Below are positions 36,323 through 47,469 of a stretch of DNA of 61,070 nt, piece by piece. The notes under the pieces are model-generated. The model made no database searches. It was not told where the DNA came from and was given only the letters and a program-made list of their open reading frames with translations. Numbering within the stretch: the stretch's first letter is position 1; each line of letters starts with the position of its first letter. Position numbers and translations under genes: made by a program. This DNA comes from Ktedonobacteraceae bacterium (GTDB lineage Bacteria; Chloroflexota; Ktedonobacteria; Ktedonobacterales; Ktedonobacteraceae), in assembly GCA_019240835.1 (NCBI GenBank), contig JAFAXQ010000246.1, forward strand, positions 1 to 61,070, read 5' to 3'.

Positions 36323-37384
36323 ATGACTGATATTCTAGTAGTTGGTGGTGAGCTTATTGATGCTCTATCAATTCAGGAAACTCTGGAGGGAGAAGGATAC
36401 CACACTACTGCAATCCTCAATGGCGAAGATGCTGTACATTTTGCATTTCGAGAAACGCCCCATCTCATTATTTTAGACACACCGCTTCCAGGGATGGATG
36501 GCTACGAGGTGACACGCCAGTTGCGTGATCATCCGAAATCTATGCATATTCCTATCATTATGATCAGCGCCTACGATGCTCTCGCTGATAGAGTGCATGC
36601 TCTCGAACTAGGCGTTGATTGCTACATCCCTAAACCATTCCATCGTGATGAACTGATCGCACTCGTGGCAAGGCAACTGCATCGCGTGCAACAGAATTCT
36701 CTCTCTCCGCTGACCAAGCTGCCAGGAGGTCTGCAGTTGGAGAAAGCCATCCATGCCAAGCTGAATAGCCTGCAACCGTGGAGTTTGCTCTATCTCGACT
36801 TTGATCACTTCAAAGCCTATAACGATAGTTATGGTTTTCTAGCTGGCAATCGTATGATCGTCTTATTAGGCCACGTTTGTAAGCGAATCGTGTTTGAGTA
36901 TGGCAATGAGGACGACTTTGTGGGACATGTTGGAGGCGACGACTTTGTGATTATGACAACGCCGGACCGCGTGGAAATACTCCACGAACACATCCTGGCC
37001 TGTTACAAAGAAGAAAGTGTAGCTCTCTATCGTCCAGAGGACTTGGCGTGTGGTTTCATATGCGGCCTAGATCGCAAGAGACGCCCCTATCAAGCTCCTC
37101 TTTTGTCCCTCTCTGTCGCTGTCATTACTAACAAATCCTGCTCACGCTCTCGTTATAGTGCCGATACCATCGGCACACTAGCCGCTGAAGCAAAACTCAA
37201 GGCTAAATTGTCCAACCACAATTTCTTTCAAGTTTTCCTTCCACAAAGCAAAGGTTACACGGAGTATGCTCATGCTCGCTGTTCGTTAGCGATGGGCAAC
37301 CCTCCTCGGTTGTTGGCAGTAGATCATGCGCATGGCAACAATTTATCTCTCAGGGTGGGGGGGGCACTCGCCAAGTTACTGTAA
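36323..37384 (+). CDS. Response-regulator receiver fused to a degenerate GGDEF-like domain (GGDDF)
   Basis: The REC domain has LIILDTPLPGMDG and KPF. The GGDEF-like domain has DFDHFKAYNDSYGFLAGN and GGDDF (36932-36946). Confidence 0.75.
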   Translation: MTDILVVGGELIDALSIQETLEGEGYHTTAILNGEDAVHFAFRETPHLIILDTPLPGMDGYEVTRQLRDHPKSMHIPIIMISAYDALADRVHALELGVDCYIPKPFHRDELIALVARQLHRVQQNSLSPLTKLPGGLQLEKAIHAKLNSLQPWSLLYLDFDHFKAYNDSYGFLAGNRMIVLLGHVCKRIVFEYGNEDDFVGHVGGDDFVIMTTPDRVEILHEHILACYKEESVALYRPEDLACGFICGLDRKRRPYQAPLLSLSVAVITNKSCSRSRYSADTIGTLAAEAKLKAKLSNHNFFQVFLPQSKGYTEYAHARCSLAMGNPPRLLAVDHAHGNNLSLRVGGALAKLL

Positions 37385-37421
37385 TGATAGAATAGGAGCA
37401 TGAAAGGATGTAATTTTTTCC

Positions 37422-37820
37422 ATGAGCGCGGAGGAAGACTTGGATGAGCGAGCAACCGTAGTGCAACGCAACGCAAGGCGAGAGAATGCAAAGCGTGTGC
37501 TGCGCGAGAGTGGATTGGCAGAGATGCTCCAGGGCATCAACAAAAACCTGTTAAAAGGACGGGGATACTTCGAGGAGTACGATTCTATGGTTCTGCTTAA
37601 ATGGGGCACAGGATACACACGTCGCCACATGTGGGTAGAAATAGTTGGCAATTCGATTCGTTTCAGATTGACTCCTCATCGTAAGTGTGTCAACTCTATC
37701 CCTTTGTGCGATGGTGAGTATCATACGTTTCCTGGCCCCCTCTGGGCGAATAGAAACCTTTTACAGGCTGAACTGAAGAAGTATTATGAGCGTCCTGTAG
37801 CGGAAAGCTCGTCTGATTAG
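37422..37820 (+). CDS. Hypothetical protein
   Basis: 132-aa ORF with no recognised motif. Confidence 0.35.
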   Translation: MSAEEDLDERATVVQRNARRENAKRVLRESGLAEMLQGINKNLLKGRGYFEEYDSMVLLKWGTGYTRRHMWVEIVGNSIRFRLTPHRKCVNSIPLCDGEYHTFPGPLWANRNLLQAELKKYYERPVAESSSD

Positions 37821-37860
37821 TAGCGTACGGGGCAATGCAGCTCTGCTGCTTGGGCCTGCC

Positions 37861-38514
37861 CTACATTGGCTCAAGGTGTACTATCTGCATAGTCCCTACT
37901 GTGGCCGTAAAGCGATGAAGCGCCTGGTAATGAGCGTCTGCATAAAACTCTTCGCGCTCGCTCTCGTTGGGCCAACTCAGTAGATTCAGAAATGTGGGAC
38001 CGCGATGGTAGAAACCCTCCTCGCACGGTTCGCGGGGATTTTGAGAAGCAAGGGCGCTTTCATGTGTTCCACGGGCCAGAAATGCAAACGCAAGAGTTGG
38101 TTGTACAGATTGGCGGCTCAGTGCTTCGATCCATGCACGTTGTGCAACCTCCAACTGCTCTGTGCGAATAGTAGCTAGCTGCGCCGCTGCCAGTACTGGG
38201 CTTGCAGCGGGACGACTATATCCCCACAGATAGCGCATACACCATTGCTCAGGTGGCGCTGTAAGCAGTTCTGTGCTTGAGTTGAGCAAGATCTGCTTCG
38301 GATTATAGCGCGCCTGTGAACGCCACCAACTTTCTTCACTCTCCCAGGTGGTAAGCATTAAATAGCATGAACTGGTATTACGACTACGGTAAAAGTGCGA
38401 GGTCACAAGCCCCTGTGCATTGTGAACAGTATCATGAATGAGGCGTATTCTCGCTAATATATCGGCATCTCGGCCTGCAGTCGTATAGGTGAGCGTAACT
38501 ACTAGCAATTCCAT
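37861..38514 (-). CDS. Tandem ABM (antibiotic-biosynthesis-monooxygenase-fold)-like protein
   Basis: Two halves, each ending in an ABM-like W-x-S/N-E-x-x pattern (YLMLTTWESEESW and LNLLSWPNESEREEF). Confidence 0.45.
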   Translation of the reverse strand: MELLVVTLTYTTAGRDADILARIRLIHDTVHNAQGLVTSHFYRSRNTSSCYLMLTTWESEESWWRSQARYNPKQILLNSSTELLTAPPEQWCMRYLWGYSRPAASPVLAAAQLATIRTEQLEVAQRAWIEALSRQSVQPTLAFAFLARGTHESALASQNPREPCEEGFYHRGPTFLNLLSWPNESEREEFYADAHYQALHRFTATVGTMQIVHLEPM

Positions 38515-38522
38515 TGCATGTT

Positions 38523-39368
38523 TTATTCCTGACCATCCTGAATCAGCTTTGTTAGCTTTGCTAGCCCTTTGGGGTCATTGACAGAGAGCCAGCATTCTGC
38601 GGGGATAGTGAAGGAATAAAGTTGTTTCCTCTTTGCCAGAAGCGGAAAAAGGACACTCTCAAAATCAGTTTTTTTGCTGAGGTCAAACAGTTCAATGAAA
38701 CTGCTATAGACTTCAGGAGAAAAAACGGTCACGCCGACGTGTGTCGGAATGGGAATATGGGGATACATCTCAATATGCTCAACAATGCCGTGCTGAATTT
38801 GCATACCAGTGTACGTGTAGGGAGTACCGTCTACCACAATAGCCGTAGCGAGCATACCCTGACGAGTACCAGCAAAATGACCGGCCACTATGTCGTGTGG
38901 GAAACTGCCCTGATAGCCAATGATCTGGTCATCTGGATTATGCACGATGAGATACTTTGTGCGTGGAATTGACCCATTTTCAATGGCGTTGCGTATAGCT
39001 CCGCCCCGTCCAACTGGACGCTCGGGATCATGGCTATAGGTGACATGAACACCCAGATGGCTGCCATCACCCAGTACATCAATGACAGATTGTGCGTAAT
39101 GAAAAACGAGTGCGACAAATTGGCGGAAGCCAGCTTCTTTATACATGCGAATTGTACGCTCGGTCATTGTGTCACCATCTGGCAGGCGTAATGCTGTTTT
39201 ATGTGTCTGCTGTGCCTCTGTTGCAGCTTTGAGGCGGGAACCTTCGCCGCCGACGGCAAGGGCTACAACGCACTGCTCGGCAAAGGAGCGTAGGTCATCT
39301 TGACTGATGGCTGCCTTATCACCGGGGCTATAGATTGCTTGCTTGAAATGCTCTAATTCAGCCCTCAT
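38523..39368 (-). CDS. Sugar-phosphate nucleotidyltransferase-family protein
   Basis: ALAVGGEGSRL G-x-G-x-R loop and GT-A-like length. 8-nt gap to the downstream ABM-like gene. Confidence 0.55.
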   Translation of the reverse strand: MRAELEHFKQAIYSPGDKAAISQDDLRSFAEQCVVALAVGGEGSRLKAATEAQQTHKTALRLPDGDTMTERTIRMYKEAGFRQFVALVFHYAQSVIDVLGDGSHLGVHVTYSHDPERPVGRGGAIRNAIENGSIPRTKYLIVHNPDDQIIGYQGSFPHDIVAGHFAGTRQGMLATAIVVDGTPYTYTGMQIQHGIVEHIEMYPHIPIPTHVGVTVFSPEVYSSFIELFDLSKKTDFESVLFPLLAKRKQLYSFTIPAECWLSVNDPKGLAKLTKLIQDGQE

Positions 39369-39878
39369 AGAAGATCCCCTTCAAGTATATATACCTTTGG
39401 TGCGAGTATATCATAACTTTGCAAGAGGGCGTATATTCCTGCTCAAAACTTACCAAATTGGGCTAAACGCAGTAACTCAAAGAAAACGTTCCCTGAGGTA
39501 GATCTTAAGATAGCTTATAATCGTCTACCAAAACAATTGGTCAGTAAAGGTACTTTATGGACTTTGATTACCAACGACACGTATTTAAATACCCGAATCT
39601 TCTGGCTATTTTAGAAGAGGCAATTGAATTTTTCTCCAAAACGCCTAATTGGTGTGAATCTGCTGCTTTAGCGACTCGGACACTGGATTGGGTAATACTA
39701 TTGTACACGCGACTCAAGTGCGTGTACCGGCGTGACTTCTTCTTGCACTTGTCTCGCTTAGAACGGATCTTGTCGAGTTGCTTGTTGTGCCAACGGCTCC
39801 TTAGGAATCTTTGACGCTCATGACCGGGGGACTATGTATGCATACATCAGCCTGCTTCCTCTTAAGGAAGAGACCATC

Positions 39879-40286
39879 ATGGACATTCTTCTCGGCAGCC
39901 GAGAGGAGAATGACATACACTCGCAGGATATCTTGACCTACGATGAACCAGGTGAGTACACGCTGCTTGCCAGCGGTGCTGTGCATCATCCTGACTATCC
40001 AGAGTTAATTACAAGGCTTATCAGGGCATTTATGAATTACTGGGTAGGTCAATATCCAGAAAGAAGGATCAAGTGTATCTATGCGCAGACCGTCGCTGAA
40101 CCAGGAAAGTTGATGGCAAATAAATTACACATGTCCACGATGTACATCCAGAAAGATGGGCGTATGGAGCGAATCAAAGATGCCTACATGCTTGACTTGA
40201 ACGAACCGGCAGGATCAAAGATTATTAGGGAGTTCCAAAAGAGACTAGAAGCTAAAGACTACGCATTAGACCATTCAAGAACATAA
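39879..40286 (+). CDS. Hypothetical protein
   Basis: ORF track 39834..40286. The Met at 39879 has an AAGGAAGAG SD. No recognised motif. Confidence 0.3.
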   Translation: MDILLGSREENDIHSQDILTYDEPGEYTLLASGAVHHPDYPELITRLIRAFMNYWVGQYPERRIKCIYAQTVAEPGKLMANKLHMSTMYIQKDGRMERIKDAYMLDLNEPAGSKIIREFQKRLEAKDYALDHSRT

Positions 40287-40298
40287 GGCACTAGACAT

Positions 40299-40339
40299 AG
40301 AGTTCTCTTGGCAGCCCTCACTACTACCAAGAGAACTCT
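40299..40339 (+). terminator. 13-bp stem hairpin after the hypothetical gene
   Basis: AGAGTTCTCTTGG-15 nt-CCAAGAGAACTCT read directly. Confidence 0.45.
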
Positions 40340-40490
40340 TCACGCTCAAAACCCTGCCATAAAGCGCTAGAAAAGTCTACAAAACGCTATATTTTCAAAC
40401 ACTAGTTGTGTTATACTGTTGACAGTAGATTTACCCCAACAAAAAAACACCAACAGACTGTATTTACAGCCTGCCTAGGGGGAATAGGTT

Positions 40491-41900
40491 GTGAACGAAA
40501 TAAGTGAATCAGCCAGGAGTGAGATGCGATACTGCGATAGCATACTCGACGCTATTGGAAACACCCCTCTTGTTCGTCTGCGTCGAGTGGCTGGTGATGT
40601 CGCACCACTTGTGCTAGCGAAAATGGAGATGCTCAATCCTGGCGGCAGTGTCAAGGATCGTATTGGACCAGCCATGATTGAGTATTGCGAAAAATTGGGA
40701 CTGTTGCGTCCAGGAGGTACAATTGTTGAGCCTACAAGCGGCAACACAGGGCATGGACTGGCAATTGCTGCAGCCATTAAGGGCTATCACTGCATCTTTG
40801 TCATGACCGACAAAGTAAGCGAGGAGAAGCGCAGCCTGTTGCGTGCTTACGGTGCTGAGGTAATTATCTGTCCCAGTAGCGTTGGTCACGATTCGCCAGA
40901 CTTCTATCAGAACGTTGCGCGTCGGCTCGCCAAAGAGATACCTGGTGCCTGTTGTCCTGATCAATACTCTAACCCGGCAAACCCTGAAGCTCACTACGCC
41001 AAGACTGGACCCGAAATTTGGCGTGATACGGCAGGGGGGGTTACAGCATTTGTGGCGGGAGTCGGTACTGCTGGGACTATTTCTGGAACTGGTCGTTTCC
41101 TCAAAGGGAAAAACCCGAACATAAAGGTTATAGGTGCTGATCCTCTTGGCTCTATCTACTCCGGCGATACACCCGGTCCCTACAAGGTTGAGGGTATTGG
41201 TACGGAAGCCTTCCCGGTTAATTACGATGCAACTATTGTGGATGAGTTTGTGCGTGTTGATGACCGTACTTCCTTCTACTGGGCACGGCGATTAGCGCGA
41301 GAGGAGGGCATTCTCGTCGGTGGCTCAGCGGGTACTGCTCTGGCCGCGGCACTCATGTATGCACGTCGGCTCTCGGCTAGTGATGTTGTGGTTGTCTTAC
41401 TACCCGACACAGGACGTGGCTACCTGAGCAAGCAATTTAATGATACGTGGATGCACGAAAACAATATGCTGGTGAAGGCCGAGGCAGAGCAACCAACGCT
41501 GCGAGATGTGCTCACCTATCGCCGCAGTCATACACGCGGCATGCCTCTGGTGGTCAGCGTCAATACGAGCGATTCTATAGCTGATGTAGTTGAGCTATTG
41601 CGTCGCTATGGTATTAGTCAGACGCCTGTAATGGAGCACGGTCGCATAGTAGGAAGCTTGACCGAGGACTTATTGCTGCGCCGTCTTGCTAGCGGTGGGT
41701 CGTTAACAGAAAATTCCGTAGGACAGTTGCATGGGCCACCATTCCCAGCGTTAGAATGCGACGCTCCGACGAGGGAAGCCTACACCCTCTTTAGTAGTGG
41801 TCAGTCAGCGGTAGCCGTTATGAATAAGGACGCGCTGGAGGGCATTATAACGAAGAGCGATTTACTGGAGTTTTGGGCGCACACGCGCAGCGAGTACTAG
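40491..41900 (+). CDS. Cystathionine beta-synthase (PLP cysteine-synthase fold plus tandem CBS domains)
   Basis: GGSVKDR PLP-lysine, TSGNTG, and a C-terminal pair of CBS-type repeats. GTG start with a GGGGGA SD. Confidence 0.85.
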   Translation: MNEISESARSEMRYCDSILDAIGNTPLVRLRRVAGDVAPLVLAKMEMLNPGGSVKDRIGPAMIEYCEKLGLLRPGGTIVEPTSGNTGHGLAIAAAIKGYHCIFVMTDKVSEEKRSLLRAYGAEVIICPSSVGHDSPDFYQNVARRLAKEIPGACCPDQYSNPANPEAHYAKTGPEIWRDTAGGVTAFVAGVGTAGTISGTGRFLKGKNPNIKVIGADPLGSIYSGDTPGPYKVEGIGTEAFPVNYDATIVDEFVRVDDRTSFYWARRLAREEGILVGGSAGTALAAALMYARRLSASDVVVVLLPDTGRGYLSKQFNDTWMHENNMLVKAEAEQPTLRDVLTYRRSHTRGMPLVVSVNTSDSIADVVELLRRYGISQTPVMEHGRIVGSLTEDLLLRRLASGGSLTENSVGQLHGPPFPALECDAPTREAYTLFSSGQSAVAVMNKDALEGIITKSDLLEFWAHTRSEY

Positions 41901-41911
41901 CGAGGAACTGC

Positions 41912-42715
41912 ATGGCAACACAGCACCCTACCTATGTGATTGGTGACATTCATGGTCAGTTTAAGCGGCTAGTAGGGTTGCTGCAAAGTGTCGGACTGAT
42001 AGGGGATGCTCTGCAATGGACCGGGGGGGCATCGACTCTGTGGTTCATGGGGGATCTTGTTGATCGAGGACCAGATGGTATTCCCGTTATCGACCTGGTA
42101 ATGCGATTGCAGGCTGAGGCAGCGGCTGTCAATGGTTGTGTTGCATCCTTGCTTGGTAACCATGAAATGTTGCTGCTGGCTGCGTATCGCTTCGGCAGGC
42201 GCTCAACCGGACTAGGTAGCAGTTTTCTCTCTAAATGGAAACGCAATGGTGGCAATCGTAAGGATCTGGCTAGCCTCAAGCTTGAGCATCTCGGTTGGTT
42301 AGCAAACCTGCCAGCAATGGCCCATGTTGATGATCATCTCTTCATTCACGCCGATGCGCCGCTGTACCTCAAATATGGCCGTTCTGTGCAGGAGGTGAAT
42401 GCTGCTATCAAAGATTTGCTCCGCAGGAGCGATAGTCTCGCCTGGGAGGAATTGCTAGAAGATTTTGTTAGACGAGGAATTTTCTACAGTGATAGGCATG
42501 GAGAGGTGTTAGCACAACGCTTCCTCGACCTCTACGGAGGTCAGTGCTTAGTCCACGGCCACACTCCTATTAGTTATATGCTCGGCTGCCAGCCAAAAAA
42601 GGTAACGAGGCCCTTACTATACGCAGGAGGACGCTGCGTGAACGTCGATAGCGGTCTGTACCTTGGTGGGCATGGCTTCGTCTCCCGTCTCCCCTTCTCC
42701 TCCGAAGAGCATTAG
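41912..42715 (+). CDS. PPP-family metallophosphoesterase (ApaH/PrpE-like phosphatase)
   Basis: GDIHG, GDLVDRG and GNHE motifs. Confidence 0.8.
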   Translation: MATQHPTYVIGDIHGQFKRLVGLLQSVGLIGDALQWTGGASTLWFMGDLVDRGPDGIPVIDLVMRLQAEAAAVNGCVASLLGNHEMLLLAAYRFGRRSTGLGSSFLSKWKRNGGNRKDLASLKLEHLGWLANLPAMAHVDDHLFIHADAPLYLKYGRSVQEVNAAIKDLLRRSDSLAWEELLEDFVRRGIFYSDRHGEVLAQRFLDLYGGQCLVHGHTPISYMLGCQPKKVTRPLLYAGGRCVNVDSGLYLGGHGFVSRLPFSSEEH

Positions 42716-43147
42716 ACACACTTCACTGCGGCTTCGCAACTCCCCGTCACTTTTGATACGCTGGCAAACCTCTCGCTCGAATGCTTGCTGGCCTTGCCTG
42801 AGGCATTGAGAAAAGGGGATTGGTCAGTAGTATCTTAAATAGAGCTCTACCAGACCAAAAATCCGTGGGTGAAAAGTTCGTGTGCTTGTCGTCTGTATAG
42901 CGATTGATGTTGAGCCTAAAGTGATCCAGCCGAACCTCTGCGTTGATGGCAAACAGGTTCAGAAACGATGAACAACTGGAGTAGAACCTGAGTAATACAA
43001 CTCAGTGGGGAATGAGCCTTTTCACCATCGATACAGCTAAGGTGAGAAAGCTCAGGCGACACTGCTAGGTAGTTCACATCTATTGTCTATGCTTGATATG
43101 CCGCATTGGAAGTTGCTTGAGACCCTGATAAGGAGAAGTTTGTTACG

Positions 43148-44734
43148 ATGACAGTCATACTTGATGGAGTCAATCTGAAACTGCTAGACATTCTGAGAAT
43201 CGCCCAAGACCGTGTTCCTTGTGAGATTCCCAGCAGTGTTATGATGAAGGTTACACATTCACGCCGCTTGTTCGAAGATATCGCCTCACAAAATATCCCG
43301 ATTTATGGTGTCACCACGGGTTATGGAGAAATGGTGTATATGCTCGTGGAAGCAGACAAAGAAAGCGAACTGCAATCCAACTTGGTACGCAGCCATTGCG
43401 CCGGTGTTGGACCACATTTCAGTGTAGAAGAAGCAAGAGCCATGCTAGCCGCACGTGTCAACGCGTTAGCTCGTGGATATTCCGCTGTCAGACCGGAGTT
43501 GATCAAACGGATGCTGCTGTATCTTAATGCAGACATTATACCGATTATCCCTGAAATCGGATCTTTAGGCGCAAGTGGAGACTTGGCTCCACTTTCCCAT
43601 ATAGCCATTACGCTGATGGGGGAGGGGTACGTCTTCCACCACGGACGGAAAACACCGACCAAGGAAGTGTTACAAGAACGTGGGATCACTCCACTGCAAC
43701 TCAAGTTTAAAGAGGGGCTAGCTCTCATCAACGGTACTTCCGCCATGACGGGGTTGGGCGCATTGGTTGTCTATAAAGGGCTAGAGCAGGTCAGACAAGC
43801 TGAAATCGTGTCTGCTTTAGTTCTACAGACACAAAGAGCATCGAGTAGCCCATTTCTTGCGGAAGGACATGAGCTTGCACGTCCGCACGAAGGGCAAATG
43901 AATTGTGCATACAATTTACGTCTATTAACTCAAGACAGTCAACTGATGAAGCCACACGAAGACCTACGCGCTGAGGCGTTGCATCAGAAATCTGAAACCA
44001 CTCAGGTGCATCGAACCAATGTCTACCTTCAGAAAGCATACACTCTGCGCTGTATTCCCCAGATACTTGGGGCTGTGCGCGATACATTGTCCCACGCAGA
44101 AAATACTCTAGAGATAGAATTGAATTCCTCCAATGACAATCCATTATTCTTTGAAGGGCAGGAGATCTTCCATGGAGGGAATTTCCATGGACAACCTGTT
44201 GCTTTTGTTCTCGATTTTGCTACGGTTGCCTTGACTCAACTTGGTGTCGTTTCTGAACGACGAACCAATCGTCTATTAAATCGTCATCTGAGTAATGGAC
44301 TGCCTGAATTTTTGGTGAAAAGCACCCCTGGCTTAAACAGTGGTTTTGCTGGCACACAATATACTGCGACAGCTTTGGTCGCTGAGAACCGTACGATTGG
44401 ACCTGCAAGTATTCAAAGTATTCCATCTAATGGAGATAACCAGGATGTGGTGAGTATGGGACTGATCGCCGCACGCAATGCTAGACGCGTGCTGACCAAC
44501 AACAACTATATTCTGGCAGTGGAATATCTGTCCGCTGCACAGGCAGTAGATATTGCTCAGTGCTACGATCGCCTGAGTAAGGCTGGAAAAATTACCTACA
44601 AAACAGTCCGCTCTCTTGCTGCAACATTGGACCAAGACCGAGATATGAGCGAGGACATTGAAGCTGTCGCCAGAGCTCTGTCGAGAGGCGAATTTTTAAA
44701 GGTTGTTGAGGAGGCAGAGATCCGGCTGATGTAA
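43148..44734 (+). CDS. MIO-dependent aromatic/histidine ammonia-lyase or aminomutase
   Basis: [14 protein letters not shown] (Ala-Ser-Gly MIO triad). [11 protein letters not shown] carries S-H at the specificity-switch position. Confidence 0.85.
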   Translation: MTVILDGVNLKLLDILRIAQDRVPCEIPSSVMMKVTHSRRLFEDIASQNIPIYGVTTGYGEMVYMLVEADKESELQSNLVRSHCAGVGPHFSVEEARAMLAARVNALARGYSAVRPELIKRMLLYLNADIIPIIPEIGSLGASGDLAPLSHIAITLMGEGYVFHHGRKTPTKEVLQERGITPLQLKFKEGLALINGTSAMTGLGALVVYKGLEQVRQAEIVSALVLQTQRASSSPFLAEGHELARPHEGQMNCAYNLRLLTQDSQLMKPHEDLRAEALHQKSETTQVHRTNVYLQKAYTLRCIPQILGAVRDTLSHAENTLEIELNSSNDNPLFFEGQEIFHGGNFHGQPVAFVLDFATVALTQLGVVSERRTNRLLNRHLSNGLPEFLVKSTPGLNSGFAGTQYTATALVAENRTIGPASIQSIPSNGDNQDVVSMGLIAARNARRVLTNNNYILAVEYLSAAQAVDIAQCYDRLSKAGKITYKTVRSLAATLDQDRDMSEDIEAVARALSRGEFLKVVEEAEIRLM

Positions 44735-44822
44735 AATTAGAAACTGCTCTAGCATCGTTTATCGGAGTGCGAACTTACCTACAGACACAGCAAGACTTGA
44801 CTCTAAGGAGGCAAATACACAC

Positions 44823-46394
44823 ATGGCTACGACCCAGGATGGCTCTCCAGCAAGAGAGCAGACTGCAATCCGTCCTTTCACAGGAGCAGAGTATTTGGAG
44901 AGCTTACGCGATGGCCGTGAGGTCTGGATCTATGGAGAGCGGGTGAAAGATATCACCAGCCACCCGGCTTTTCGCAACAGCGCACGCATGCTTGCTCGGC
45001 TTTACGATGCTCTGCACGATCCTGCCAAGCGCGACGTACTCACGACCGCGACTGATACTGGCAGTGGTGGCTACACCCACAAGTTCTTTCGAACTTCCAG
45101 AAGCGCAGAGGAGCTCGTCGGTGCTCGTGATGCCATTGCTGAGTGGACACGGATGACCTATGGCTGGATGGGGCGTACTCCCGATTACAAGGCTAGCTTT
45201 CTTGCGACCCTCGATGCCAATGCCGAGTTTTATACTCCCTACCAGGCGAACGCCCACCGCTGCTACAAAGAAGCTCAGGAGAAAGTGCTCTACTTCAACC
45301 ATACTATTGTCAATCCCCCGGTCGACCGTAGCCTCCCACCAGAGCAGGTGGGCGATGTGTACCTCCATGCCGAGAAAGAAACAGACGCGGGCATTGTGGT
45401 AAGTGGGGCCAAGGTCGTGGCGACTGGCTCAGCTCTGACCCACTACAATTTCGTTGCCCATCATGGGCTACCCATCAAAAAGAAGGAGTTTGCCATCATC
45501 TGTACCGTTCCCATGGACGCTCGTGGGGTGAAGCTGATCTCGCGTGCGTCCTATGAGATGACCGCAGCAGTCATGGGTAGCCCCTTCGATTACCCGCTCT
45601 CCAGTCGTCTAGACGAGAATGACGCCATATTCGTTTTTGACAAGGTGCTCATTCCATGGGAAAACGTCTTCGTGTACGGGGACTTGGACAAGGTCAATAC
45701 CTTCTTTCCAATGTCCGGCTTCATTCCCCGCTTCACCTTGCAAGGCTGTGTGCGTCTCGCGGTAAAGTTGGACTTTATCGCTGGGCTTTTCCTGAAAGCT
45801 GTAGAGGCGACTGGAGCCAAGGACTTCCGTGGCGTGCAGGTGCGCATCGGTGAAGTGTTGGCATGGCGAAACCTATTCTGGGCACTTACCGATGCCATGG
45901 CTCGCACACCTACTCCCTGGAATAATGGAGCAGTGCTTCCTAATCTCGACTATGGCATGGTCTATCGCGTGTTCGCCACGGTCGCCTACCCGCGTATCAA
46001 GGAGATCATCGAAAACGATGTTGCCAGTGGGTTGATCTACTTAAACTCCAACGCCGTGGATTTCAAGTCGCCGGAGATTCGCCCCTACTTGGAGAGGTAC
46101 GTGCGGGGATCCAATGGGTACACAGCGGTGGATCGGGTCAAGCTCATGAAGCTACTCTGGGAGGCGATTGGGACTGAATTTGGGAGCAGGCATGAACTGT
46201 ATGAGCGCAACTACGCGGGCAACCATGAGGACATCCGGCTCGAAGTCCTCCAAGCAGCCATGGCACTCGGTCAGGTCAATCAGTACAAGGGTTTCGCCGA
46301 GCAGTGCTTGGCCGAGTACGACCTAGATGGCTGGACGGTGCCGGATCTCATCAACCCGGATGATGTTAATGTACATATGAGGAAGTTCAAGTAG
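44823..46394 (+). CDS. HpaB-family two-component flavin-dependent aromatic hydroxylase (oxygenase component)
   Basis: N-terminus [34 protein letters not shown] and the length typical of 4-hydroxyphenylacetate 3-monooxygenase. AAGGAGG SD. Confidence 0.8.
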   Translation: MATTQDGSPAREQTAIRPFTGAEYLESLRDGREVWIYGERVKDITSHPAFRNSARMLARLYDALHDPAKRDVLTTATDTGSGGYTHKFFRTSRSAEELVGARDAIAEWTRMTYGWMGRTPDYKASFLATLDANAEFYTPYQANAHRCYKEAQEKVLYFNHTIVNPPVDRSLPPEQVGDVYLHAEKETDAGIVVSGAKVVATGSALTHYNFVAHHGLPIKKKEFAIICTVPMDARGVKLISRASYEMTAAVMGSPFDYPLSSRLDENDAIFVFDKVLIPWENVFVYGDLDKVNTFFPMSGFIPRFTLQGCVRLAVKLDFIAGLFLKAVEATGAKDFRGVQVRIGEVLAWRNLFWALTDAMARTPTPWNNGAVLPNLDYGMVYRVFATVAYPRIKEIIENDVASGLIYLNSNAVDFKSPEIRPYLERYVRGSNGYTAVDRVKLMKLLWEAIGTEFGSRHELYERNYAGNHEDIRLEVLQAAMALGQVNQYKGFAEQCLAEYDLDGWTVPDLINPDDVNVHMRKFK

Positions 46395-46469
46395 GCGCTA
46401 CGCGCACGTCGGTAGACCAGTAGCAACGACGGGAGGGGAGGAGCGCGCACGGCCTCTAAGGAGCAACGT

Positions 46470-46958
46470 GTGGAGCCACAAGTTTTTCGTCAGGTCATTG
46501 GCCACTTCGCCAGTGGCGTCACGGTGATCACAGCACGTGAGCACGGCACCAACTACGGCCTGACAGCCAGCGCTGTGAGCTCACTCACGCTTGAACCGCC
46601 GATGCTGCTGGTCTGTATCAACAAGAATACTGGCACACAAGCCGCCATCAGCCGCACCCGCGTCTTTGCCGTCAACATTTTGAATGAAGGTCAGGCCGAC
46701 CTTGCCTACAAATTTGCGAAACCGCAGTCTGACAAGTTTCAAGGCGTCGAATTCTGCTACGGTCAATTCGGTGAACCGCTGCTAGCTGGCGCATTAGCTC
46801 ACATTGAATGCCGCGTTGTCACCGACGTTGAGGCTGGAACACACCGAGTCTTTCTGGCAGAGGTTGACCAAGCCAAATCCTATGTTGGCTCACCGCTGAT
46901 CTACTTCCGTGGCAAGTTTGGGTACTTTGATCAGGCTGAGAGGCTGTATGAAAGTTAA
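46470..46958 (+). CDS. NAD(P)H-flavin reductase (HpaC-like small component)
   Basis: FRQVIGHFASGVTVITA flavin-reductase-domain pattern. GTG start with an AAGGAG SD 7 nt upstream. Confidence 0.8.
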   Translation: MEPQVFRQVIGHFASGVTVITAREHGTNYGLTASAVSSLTLEPPMLLVCINKNTGTQAAISRTRVFAVNILNEGQADLAYKFAKPQSDKFQGVEFCYGQFGEPLLAGALAHIECRVVTDVEAGTHRVFLAEVDQAKSYVGSPLIYFRGKFGYFDQAERLYES

Positions 46959-46972
46959 CAGGAAAATACCCT

Positions 46973-47374
46973 ATGTTCGAGCAGACTATACAAAGGTACT
47001 TTCAAGCTCTGGAAACTTCTGATTATGATGGATTAATGGAGCTGTTTGCTCCCGAGGCAGTGGTTTTTTCTCCCTTGTATGGAGAAAGAAAAGCAGTGGA
47101 GTTCTATCAGGAACTCTTCAAAGACACCGCCTCCTCGAAGATCACCTTGTTGCGTGTCTTTGAGAGTGGAACGACTGGAGCCGTCCTTTTTCGCTATGAT
47201 TGGGTTCTCAAAAATGGAACTTCTACGTTTTTTGAATGCGTTGATATTCTCGAGTTCTCGCAGGGAAAAATACAGAGCCTAAAAATCATTTATGATACCT
47301 CTCCCGTTCATATTCTCCTCAGCACCTCGAAGCCCAGTACAGTGGAGGGGACTGCTGGCGAGGTGGCTGCCTAA
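46973..47374 (+). CDS. NTF2/SnoaL-like small protein
   Basis: YFQALETSDYDGLMELFAPEAVVFSP is the typical SnoaL-like opening; 133 aa. Confidence 0.6.
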   Translation: MFEQTIQRYFQALETSDYDGLMELFAPEAVVFSPLYGERKAVEFYQELFKDTASSKITLLRVFESGTTGAVLFRYDWVLKNGTSTFFECVDILEFSQGKIQSLKIIYDTSPVHILLSTSKPSTVEGTAGEVAA

Positions 47375-47469
47375 TGCTACATCCGCTGTCGGGAGCTTGA
47401 GCATGTTGTTCCTTGAGGAAGCTCGTTTTTAGCTGACCGCGCCGATCCCGTCCATCGGCTGCTACTGGC

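Noticed and set aside
43089-43151. 20-codon uORF ending in ATGA overlap with the MIO gene start.
   Set aside because: There is no Shine-Dalgarno, and the MIO gene has its own AAGGAG. It is probably fortuitous.
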